A stretch of DNA of 64,000 nucleotides, taken from positions 28,981 through 92,980 of the IMG/VR virus record IMGVR_UViG_3300008113_000144; one strand, written 5' to 3'. Both the position numbers and the translations under genes were made by a program. The stretch is from a virus. This document shows, piece by piece, positions 9,621-17,668 of this stretch. A model generated the notes under the pieces. It ran no database searches. It saw only the letters and a list, made by a program, of their open reading frames with translations, and was not told where the DNA came from. The first letter of the stretch is position 1, and each line of letters opens with the position of its first letter.

Positions 9621-9665
9621 TGCCCCCTGGTGGTGCTAGTGGACAGTGCCTGAAGTGGCACAGGG

Positions 9666-9860
9666 TCAGAAGTCTACAGCCCAGTCTGGGTCATTCTTTA
9701 CAGCAACCCAGAAAAAGTTCTTGCCATTGCTAGAGCGAAGAAACACACGGTTTTCTTTGATCTGCTCAACAATACACTCTGGGTTGCTGTTCATGAGGTT
9801 AGCGAATCTGTTCTTCGCTTTGTTAGACTTAGGAGTGACAAAAGCGAGGTCAAACATCAC
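9666..9860 (-). CDS. Early hypothetical protein
   Basis: 64 aa, VTPKSNKAKNRFANLM...FFWV...DPDW. Confidence 0.75.
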   Translation of the reverse strand: MMFDLAFVTPKSNKAKNRFANLMNSNPECIVEQIKENRVFLRSSNGKNFFWVAVKNDPDWAVDF

Positions 9861-10036
9861 AAAACGTAGATACCGTGGGTGTTAAACAGTGTGGGTTGAT
9901 TCTGTTGCCAACCCGTCATCATCTGCTGGAGTTGCTGTTCAGAATAGCGATTGAGGAAAGTATACTCAAACGTGGGTTGGCTATTCTGAACACGAAGCAT
10001 GTTCTGGATTGAGTTAATCAAACGTGAACGAAGCAT
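9857..10036 (-). CDS. Early hypothetical protein (59 aa)
   Basis: MLRSRLINSIQNM...; GTGA overlap with next gene; promoter 10059-10064. Confidence 0.65.
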   Translation of the reverse strand: MLRSRLINSIQNMLRVQNSQPTFEYTFLNRYSEQQLQQMMTGWQQNQPTLFNTHGIYVL

Positions 10037-10071
10037 TGTGTTTGTTTGAACTGATGTCAGTATGGCATCAC

Positions 10072-10383
10072 TCAGGCACGCTTGGGGGTGTTAGTGGACA
10101 GTTCAGAAAGTGTCACATCACATACCCAATAGTACAGCTTCTCTGTGCTAACACTAAGGAACAGCAGAAACTGTTTGGTATACTTTAGGAGGGTTTCTCG
10201 CCCACCATTGTTATACCAATCGCTGACACGGTTAGCAACCCAAACCGTGACGCCAACGATAACACCAGCGATCGTGGCGATGGTATAAAGAATCTGTTGG
10301 ATGGTCTCGTTGTTAGCAACCTCATCCATCAGTTCATTATACTTTTCGATGATGGGGTTGTTGAAAAGAATGGTGGCGTTCAT
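10072..10383 (-). CDS. Membrane protein
   Basis: Hydrophobic ILYTIATIAGVIVGVTVWV segment; start probably ATG 10383. Confidence 0.65.
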   Translation of the reverse strand: MNATILFNNPIIEKYNELMDEVANNETIQQILYTIATIAGVIVGVTVWVANRVSDWYNNGGRETLLKYTKQFLLFLSVSTEKLYYWVCDVTLSELSTNTPKRA

Positions 10384-10431
10384 TGTTGTAGAGAATTGAA
10401 CAGCAATGGTCGATCTCTCAACCACGAACAC

Positions 10432-10526
10432 ACCATAGCACCCCCAGCACCCCAGGTCAAGCGGTAGTGGACACTAGCCAAACTGGCACACACCCCCTTG
10501 ACAAACAATAAAATACCCCCTAGATT
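10432..10526. promoter_or_regulatory. Divergent sigma70 promoters sharing one palindromic box
   Basis: Minus: TTGACC(10460-10455)-17-TATGGT; plus: TTGACA(10498-10503)-17-TAGATT; box 10468-10489 between them. Confidence 0.65.
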
Positions 10527-10590
10527 ACATCTAGAGGGTTATATGTTAACAAATTACGATTTGTTTGACATATAATCTATATGTGTTAAC

Positions 10591-10719
10591 TTATTCTTGT
10601 GTAGTATAGTCTATATCTACTACTATACTATAGTCATCATACTCTAATTCTTTATTCTTTATATCTTCTTCTTTCATTTCTTGAATAATATATTCTTCAA
10701 ATGTTATTGTATTAGCCAT
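10591..10719 (-). CDS. Small acidic protein (42 aa)
   Basis: MANTITFEEYIIQEMKEEDIKNKELEYDDY... Confidence 0.45.
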   Translation of the reverse strand: MANTITFEEYIIQEMKEEDIKNKELEYDDYSIVVDIDYTTQE

Positions 10720-10755
10720 AAGAATAAAGATTAAAGTTTAATTATTATAGTTTAT

Positions 10756-10797
10756 AAAAAGTGAGAAATCCTATTTTTTAAGATTTCTCACTTTTTT
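10756..10797. terminator. Long inverted repeat, possible bidirectional terminator
   Basis: AAAAAGTGAGAAATC / GATTTCTCACTTTTT 15-bp arms with T runs on both strands. Confidence 0.6.
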
Positions 10798-10803
10798 AGA
10801 TTT

Positions 10804-10977
10804 TTAACTTTCTAGCAATTCAGGATAATGATCAGCCACCTCAGTCATCAATTCCTCTTCAGTGTAATCATTGAAGCATTGAACTAGCATGTCATAAGCA
10901 TACATTTCCAGCGTCTTCATGTCCATGTTCTCTAGGACTTGCTGGGCGTAGGCATCAATCAGTTCAGCTTTGTTCAT
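10804..10977 (-). CDS. Acidic early hypothetical protein
   Basis: MNKAELIDAYAQQVLENMDMKTL...YPELLES. Confidence 0.7.
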   Translation of the reverse strand: MNKAELIDAYAQQVLENMDMKTLEMYAYDMLVQCFNDYTEEELMTEVADHYPELLES

Positions 10978-10996
10978 GACAGTTGTGGTGGTGGAT

Positions 10997-11164
10997 TCAA
11001 ACATCATAGCACAGGTAGGATGCCATCTCATCCTCGTAAGAGTCAACCTCATCATCAGTCAACCAAGGCATGGTCAACACAAAATTGAAGTGGTCAACCA
11101 TCCAAGCATTGAGTGTCATGTGTTCATCATGACGGCTGATAATGTTGGTGTTGAAGTAATCCAT
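10997..11164 (-). CDS. Early hypothetical protein (55 aa)
   Basis: MDYFNTNIISRHDEH...; promoter TTGACA(11216-11211)-17-TATTCT. Confidence 0.65.
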   Translation of the reverse strand: MDYFNTNIISRHDEHMTLNAWMVDHFNFVLTMPWLTDDEVDSYEDEMASYLCYDV

Positions 11165-11234
11165 GTGGATTTCTCAGGAACAAATTAAGAATAACATGGG
11201 TGGGGGCTGGTGTCAAGCCCCCTGTGACACTTAA

Positions 11235-11414
11235 TCAGATGGCACTGGTGCCCTTGCTCACCCACAGGGCAAGCCTCATGGTGCTAGCCTTGCTCACCTG
11301 CTCCTTAGTACGACCAGCTGCCATGGCGGCAGTCCGAAGGGCAGGGCGACCAGTATCAGTCTGGCTGGCGGTCAGCACGTTACGGGCGGCTTGGAGCAGT
11401 TGCTGTTGGGTCAT
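11235..11414 (-). CDS. Early hypothetical protein (SKAST-motif paralog 2, 59 aa)
   Basis: MTQQQLLQAAR...SKASTMRLALWVSK; promoter -10 at 11461-11466. Confidence 0.7.
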   Translation of the reverse strand: MTQQQLLQAARNVLTASQTDTGRPALRTAAMAAGRTKEQVSKASTMRLALWVSKGTSAI

Positions 11415-11565
11415 GATCCTCAGGGATAGTGTTTGCTCGGGGTGTTCCCCCGATGAACATAGTATGGCACCCACCAGAGCCCCCTACAAGCCCCTCTGTG
11501 CCACTTCTGAAACTGTCTAGGTGTCACACCACCAGGCACATGATCCTGTACGTTTACAAGGTAAT

Positions 11566-11589
11566 AAAAAAGGGGGCTCAATGCCCCCC
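11566..11589 (-). terminator. Rho-independent terminator
   Basis: GGGGGC-ATTGA-GCCCCC followed by T6. Confidence 0.8.
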
Positions 11590-11596
11590 AATATTA

Positions 11597-11764
11597 CTAT
11601 TCCCAATCACCATACTCATCGTAGTCTTTGAATTTAGCTTGTCGTTTTTGACGAGTTGAATATCGTTTGGCATTCTGGACTTCGTATCCATAATCCTCAT
11701 ATTCGTCTTCAAAGATATCCACAGTGTTGAAAGACTCTGTGTACTTACGATTGTTTTTTGCCAT
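11597..11764 (-). CDS. Small charged protein (55 aa)
   Basis: MAKNNRKYTESF...DYDEYGDWE*; AAGGAG SD and CTAAATA late-like motif upstream. Confidence 0.65.
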   Translation of the reverse strand: MAKNNRKYTESFNTVDIFEDEYEDYGYEVQNAKRYSTRQKRQAKFKDYDEYGDWE

Positions 11765-11814
11765 TTTCTAACAGTTTTTGCTCCTTATTAGGGGTAATTG
11801 TTGTTATTTAGTGT

Positions 11815-12039
11815 TCAAACGGCGACAATTTGAAGGGTTTGATCCTCTTTGATCGCCCGATTGATGAATCGACCCACCGATTGGTTGGATTCAATCACTT
11901 TCTCCAGCGAATTTACGAAATTAGCGTCATTCGTGGTGTAGTTATAGGTTTTGTTGCTGCCCTTAAAGGTAATAGCAACGGCAGTGCCTTCCACGTTGAT
12001 GTCGCTAATGGCGGTCGAATCAAGATTTACAAAGTTCAT
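11815..12039 (-). CDS. KTSC-like small protein
   Basis: DSTAISDINVE...AITFKGS.KTYNY....SVGRFINR pattern. Confidence 0.6.
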   Translation of the reverse strand: MNFVNLDSTAISDINVEGTAVAITFKGSNKTYNYTTNDANFVNSLEKVIESNQSVGRFINRAIKEDQTLQIVAV

Positions 12040-12068
12040 GGTTTTACTGATAATGATTAAAATTTAAT

Positions 12069-12150
12069 TCTGAGATTTTTGAAAAATCTAGATTTCTCAT
12101 TTTTTGAGATTTCTAGATTTTTGAGATTTTTGGAAATCCCTCAAATCTCA
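12069..12150. repeat. Tandem/inverted AGATTT(T/C) repeat tract
   Basis: Multiple GAGATTT/TAGATTT copies plus inverted AAATCT copies. Confidence 0.75.
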
Positions 12151-12446
12151 TGTACACAGTATAGGGCATCCTGCCAGTCTTGTCAAGGGGTCTGTGCCAG
12201 TCCCTGAACTGTCCTCGGAAGGTCTCGGAGCCCCTTGGATAGTCTTAGAGGTAGACTCATGATTTTGTCAAGCCCCTGTGTGCCACTTTGAGATCTGGCA
12301 CATTTCGACTTGACTTTCGGGTGCTGGCAGGCTTAGACAACAACACCTCCGTACATTTCTATGCTTTCAGCAACATTTAACGAAACCTTTTGTCAGAGAA
12401 TCAAAACACTCAACTATGTTTTTTTAAACATTTATTAATATACCAG

Positions 12447-12480
12447 TTTTCCACAGCTTTTTCCACAACCCTGTGGAAAA
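12447..12480. promoter_or_regulatory. Cluster of three cyanobacterial-type DnaA boxes (TTTTCCACA)
   Basis: 12447-12455 (+), 12459-12467 (+), 12472-12480 (-), intergenic, next to an AT-rich tract. Confidence 0.65.
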
Positions 12481-12544
12481 CTCAAAGGTATCGTTGAGAA
12501 CATCCTAGTCATAGACTACATTCTCTCAATGCGGAACTTCTTCC

Positions 12545-12748
12545 TCATTTCCTAAAACTCCTATGGATTTTAGCAAAGTCTATTCGTTTAGCAATCATCA
12601 TATCCATATGATTTAATACATCACCTATCAGTTCAGTCATACCAGAGATAGCATAGAATACATGCTTTAGTATAGGGATGATTAACAATGGTGTACATGG
12701 AATGAAGATAAGAAAACAAATAATTCTTCCTTTCAATGTATACTTCAT
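12545..12748 (-). CDS. Hypothetical membrane protein
   Basis: Hydrophobic N-terminus; ATGA overlap. Confidence 0.6.
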   Translation of the reverse strand: MKYTLKGRIICFLIFIPCTPLLIIPILKHVFYAISGMTELIGDVLNHMDMMIAKRIDFAKIHRSFRK

Positions 12749-12996
12749 TTGTTTACCATACGAATAGCATCATCAATCATTTCATATGCTTGTTCATTAA
12801 GATAATCATATGATTCAATTTGATCTAAAACTTTAGTTACAGTATCAATAGGTAGATACTGTTCTTCAAATGTTTCTTGGTCGAAGATTGTTACATCATT
12901 CTGTGTGTAGATGAAGGCAGCCACAGGAGCATCTGGTCCTTGTTCTTTAATCAGTTGTTGGATGGACTCTTGGAGTTGTTGAAGAGTTCGTGCCAT
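12745..12996 (-). CDS. Early hypothetical protein
   Basis: LIKEQGPDAPVAAFIYT; TATACT promoter 13019-13024. Confidence 0.75.
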   Translation of the reverse strand: MARTLQQLQESIQQLIKEQGPDAPVAAFIYTQNDVTIFDQETFEEQYLPIDTVTKVLDQIESYDYLNEQAYEMIDDAIRMVNK

Positions 12997-13073
12997 GTGG
13001 GTTGTTTGAACTGTTGATAGTATAGTGGCTGCTTGGTGTGGTGTGGTGGTAGTGTGTGACAGTTATTAAAGTG

Positions 13074-13574
13074 TCATACCTTTTGAGTAGAAATCAAATT
13101 AATACCATCTACAATATGATTATACATGAACTTGGTTTGTTCTATGCTCAAATCAACAATACTAAACTCAACACTATTATTAGTTGTAGAGATATTATAC
13201 TGACAAGGCTTAGTAACAAAATTAGTAATTTTAACTGTTTGTTTTGGTTTAGATTGGATTGTTTTCTCTTTGGTGAAGATCATTGGGAAATGTTGGCGAT
13301 AATCATCAAAAATGTCCATATCCATATGAAGATCAAATTTCTTTTTAACCTTTTCAGATATGGATTCAATATGCTTATTGTTTCTGATATATGGAAAATG
13401 ATACCTACAGTATTTCGCCATTCCCCTCAGTGTATTAATTTGATCTAATGGTTTATTTTTAGTGGTTAATTCATCTAGTGTGTCAGTAATGACATTCATC
13501 CACTTAGTATTAAAATCAACAATAAATTGTGGATAATTATTTTCAATTTGTATTTGCCAGCGACAGTTGCTCAT
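13074..13574 (-). CDS. Hypothetical protein
   Basis: 166-aa ORF; stop lies in box 13056-13077. Confidence 0.65.
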   Translation of the reverse strand: MSNCRWQIQIENNYPQFIVDFNTKWMNVITDTLDELTTKNKPLDQINTLRGMAKYCRYHFPYIRNNKHIESISEKVKKKFDLHMDMDIFDDYRQHFPMIFTKEKTIQSKPKQTVKITNFVTKPCQYNISTTNNSVEFSIVDLSIEQTKFMYNHIVDGINLISTQKV

Positions 13575-13610
13575 GATTTTTCAGCCTCATAATTTTGTTT
13601 AAGTTTACTT

Positions 13611-14180
13611 TCATTCAGATGTACCTATGTTAATATCAAAGACCACAACCCATCGTGGTGTAGGAATAGGTGTAGTCCAATGGAGAATCTTTCCTGGGAA
13701 GATCATTACATCACCTTCCTTACATTGAGTAGAAGAGACAATACCATCAAACAAAGGATAAGTATTCGATGAATTGTTTGTTGGTAGGAATTTTGTTGGG
13801 TTAGGCTCTTCAAGATGTAAGAGATAGATCCCTGTGAAATCTGATTGATAATGCCGATGAGGATTACAGATTTCATGGGGATCATAATAATTCCACCAAA
13901 TCGTTTTTACATTAGATCTGACCAGTTTAACCTTATTCAGGTTAGAATCAAATTCTTTGAGCATCTGGTTAAATGGATCCCAGATAGCATCCCGTACAAA
14001 CTCTTCATGAAACAATTCAAAATTCACCAGACCACTCGTAGTAATGCCTGTACCATTGATTTCACCACGATGAGCACGTTCTTTATCCTTTTCCAGTTTA
14101 GGAAGAAGAATACGCTTGTGCTCTTCGTGGTTGGGTACAGTTTGGTAAAAGAAAAACTCTGGTGTGAATGTGTGAATCAT
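13611..14180 (-). CDS. Putative 2OG-Fe(II) oxygenase
   Basis: WWNYY...PHRH..SDFTGIY...EGDVMIFP...HWT...RWVVVFDI; HxH...H triad typical of cyanophage 2OG oxygenases. Confidence 0.8.
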   Translation of the reverse strand: MIHTFTPEFFFYQTVPNHEEHKRILLPKLEKDKERAHRGEINGTGITTSGLVNFELFHEEFVRDAIWDPFNQMLKEFDSNLNKVKLVRSNVKTIWWNYYDPHEICNPHRHYQSDFTGIYLLHLEEPNPTKFLPTNNSSNTYPLFDGIVSSTQCKEGDVMIFPGKILHWTTPIPTPRWVVVFDINIGTSE

Positions 14181-14905
14181 TGTCCTTTCTTTTGTTTGTA
14201 GTCTTGTTTCAGTTCATGCTCATTGTAGTACAAGAACACTTCATCAGGATACTGTCCAATCCATTCGATAAACTCATCGCCAATGGCAATAGCATTATCC
14301 ATTTGATTCTCTTCCATTAAATGTTGGAAGCGATCTTGCATATACAGTAGAATCTGGTCTGATTGCTCAGACACAGACTCATACTCTAGTTCTTGTTGTT
14401 TTTGTAAGTCGTGTTCGTTCATAGGTTCTCCACGGTGATACGATTTTGTAGATGATCGTAGGAGATGAATTTTTGATTGGATGGGAGAGCGTCAGCTAGT
14501 GCTCTGGCGAAGTCATTGGGGAATCGTCCATGATAACGCCAGAACAGTTCTGTTTCTCTTGTTGATAGGGATTCTTTGGGTACAGGTCTATAGGTTGTTT
14601 CTGATAATGGTATCAGTTGGATTAGTTCCTGTAAATGATCTGCTACAATATTCATTTGATGTACATGGGGTGAGGGGCGTAAACTTGAAGGAAATCAACA
14701 CATGCTTTGTAGAGTTGATACTGGTCAGGGTTTAGATCCAACCAATCAATCAGATCTTGTGATTCCCAATCAACTGTACCATCTTGATTCATGTCATACA
14801 TGACGGGAGTACCAGCATCATCAATGCTGATAGCATGTTGACCGACAACAAAGTACATGTCTTCGTGTTCCATTGTTTCAAAACCTCCAGGGTGTTCAGA
14901 TGAAT

Positions 14906-14934
14906 AGTGTAGCAGATCAGTTGGTGAGTGTCAA
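14906..14934 (-). promoter_or_regulatory. sigma70-type promoter without box
   Basis: TTGACA-17-TACACT. Confidence 0.7.
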
Positions 14935-16728
14935 GGCTTTGGGCAGACCCACCAGGATGAGGAATGTGAGTAGAATCACCACATCCCAACACTTGTTCCG
15001 CACCATGTACGGAATCGCCAAGCCATTGGCTACCATATAAATCCTGGCACCTGTTACAGTGTCATGGTACATGGTAATCCAATAGGCTGTGACGACAAGA
15101 ATACTTGAGATTATTCTTGCTTTGACATCAGGTTTCATACTCTTTGATGATGATATTCTGTTGTGATGGAAACATTTCCTGTCCCGCCATTACAAAATCA
15201 ACAAATTTCTCTACCACGTCTAGACAAGTATCATAAGATTTTGACAACATTGGTCCAGAATACCACAGTTGAAGCAGCAAATCATCTTTACAATCAATCC
15301 AAATACCAAATCGTTTGATTTGAGCGTAATACCAATGTGTATTTGGATTACCGAGAATAGATGGACGACGTTGGATTCTCAATTTCATGGTGTTGTTTCC
15401 GATGCTTGTGGGGGCTCAGGAGGGGCAGGAGGTGCTGCTGGCGTGGGTGGCAGCTGAGTTGGCGTTGGTGCCTGTTGTGGGGGCAGCTGGAGGGGTGTAG
15501 CGAGCTTTTGTTCCAGCTTCTCCTCCAGTTGAGTTAATTTCTGCTCAATAGCAGGTGGTTTCTCCTCTGGTTTGTAGTCTGGTTGTTGTTGTGCTAGTTT
15601 CCAGCCAGCAGCACCAGCACCAAAGATGCTAGCCAGTGCTGCTACAGTTGAAATGGTTGATTGAAACTTACTCATTTGTTGTCAATGATGGCTTTCAGTT
15701 CATAGATGGCGTTGCTCACAGTCGCCTCAAGATAACCATAACAATAGGGATAACCATGCTCATTTTGAATGGCAGGGTTCTTTGTCACTTTAAGAGCATC
15801 CTCAAGACCTTCCAGAATGCTTTCCAGGTGCCAGGTGGTAACTTTGGTGGTGCTCATGATGTGATGTGTGAACTGAGATCAGTCTACGCTGATCAGGTCT
15901 TCTAGCAAGTCTTCTGGGACAGTCTCGTAACTGTCCTCAAGATAAATGTCTTCGGCATTTCGTAGGATATTCTGCCGAACAGTGTAATCATCGTAGTAGT
16001 ATTCAGTTGTGTCAAAGTCAGAAAAGTAAGTCATGATTCGTGTGAATGATTACCGTTTACAAGTTCAAGTTCGTTTTGTTGATTGGGATAGACTAGCATA
16101 CAGACATCCCGCCTTGGATCATCAGGAAAGTGTCGGACACATACAGTTATATACGACTCACAAGCAAATCGTACATGACCATACATGCCTCTATAATACA
16201 CTTCTGTTCCTTCTGGCAGCATACTCGTACTCGGTGATTGGTTCGTGGTGGACACTGATTGATTCATAGTCAGGGTACATAACAGAAACAATGTATTGAG
16301 CCAAGTTATGATTAGCTGCCACTACATACACGTCAGCAGTAATTGAGCTTGGTGCTTCTTCGGGGGCATCTTGCCAAGGTAATTCTACCTCAACAAGATA
16401 TACATGCCCGTGTTTTAAACTGTTGTCGAAATCAACGATCAAATCAGACATCATACTCTTTATTCAATTCAGATGTGAGTTCAAAACGTAGTTCATCAAT
16501 CTCTTCACGAAGAAATTTTATTTCTTGTTGTAAATGAATGATTTCGCCTTGTTGGGTTTTGACAAGCTCAGCGTATTCTTTTACGAGAGCTTCTGCCTGT
16601 TCTAGACTGGTCATGTTACTTTTTAGAAGACAAATGGTATTTATTGTAGTCTAAACTACCGAGTTTTTGCTCTTGGAGTAGTGTATATTGCCCAACAACA
16701 AGAGCAATCATGGCAATAATGATTGGTT

Positions 16729-16938
16729 TCATCCCATACCTCGGGGGAATTGATGGTTACAATCAGGACACAGCCAGTAGGCAATACGATCTTCACCCAA
16801 TGGCTCAACACCAATCACACGAGAATAAAAATACGGAGCTGAATAGTTGTGTCGATACTCTTCGGGGATGGGTTTATCTACCCAGTTTGCCCCACATTCA
16901 GGACAGTTCCGCATGTGTGTGATGTCTTGGTAGTTCAT
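16729..16938 (-). CDS. Zinc-ribbon protein
   Basis: CPEC...WLCPDC. Confidence 0.7.
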   Translation of the reverse strand: MNYQDITHMRNCPECGANWVDKPIPEEYRHNYSAPYFYSRVIGVEPLGEDRIAYWLCPDCNHQFPRGMG

Positions 16939-17610
16939 TTACATAAACTCCGCCATGTAATAATCAACAGTCACCTCAAGTTCCGCAGCTTTCTCCTCAA
17001 TGGCAGCCATGAATGCGGAATCAATGTCCAGTTGATCGTGTTGCTGTTGTTCAGTCATGTTGGTCAAGTGCTTTCCAAGCATCAAATAGTTTAGCATAGA
17101 GTTCGTTTCCGTCAATCTTTGTGTGATTTTCAAGATGAACTTGGATGTGTTTGTTGAGATACTGGAGAGCCGAGATAAGATAGTTAAGCTCTCCAGAATT
17201 GAGACGTACAAAGTCTTCAGGCATCATAGCCAGCGTGACGGAGCATGGCTCGTCGGCAATCATAGGCTACCAGTTCGTTAGGATACACGCCGAGGCAGTG
17301 GCGAGATTCACGATCAATGATCTCCCACTTGCTCGTACCGATCCTAGCACGAACGATGAAGGGGTTGTCAATGCCCAGGGGATAGGGCTTCTTGGTGATG
17401 GTGGTGCTCATTGGATTTTACCCTCGCTAATGTCGTTAATGATGAAACGTAGTTTGTCGATAGTTTCTTGATCAACGTAGTTGTCGATCATCGAGTCTGT
17501 ATTGTAGCAGTCTACGAGCAATTTGGCAGCATCGTAGACGGCAGCAACAGCGTCGTCACGGGAGGTGAATTGAAAACTGCTCATGTCGAGGTTTTCTTTG
17601 GTACGAAGTT

Positions 17611-17668
17611 ATTATGGCACGACCACAGGTGCCTGTCAAGGGCAGTGTGCCAGTTTCAGGACAGTAAC
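17611..17668 (-). promoter_or_regulatory. Early promoter with upstream box
   Basis: Box 17647-17668, TTGACA-17-CATAAT. Confidence 0.8.

Larger units (their letters stand above)
14177..17584 (-). other. Run of about 15 tightly overlapping small hypothetical ORFs
   Basis: e.g. 14177-14422, 14419-14655, 14652-14873, 14917-15138, 15128-15388, 15385-15675, 15672-15857, 16191-16454, 16444-16614, 17217-17411, 17408-17584; frequent ATGA coupling. Confidence 0.7.

Noticed and set aside
8060-13077. Box repeats as a CRISPR array
   Set aside because: Repeats are degenerate and irregularly spaced, separated by whole genes; no cas genes in window
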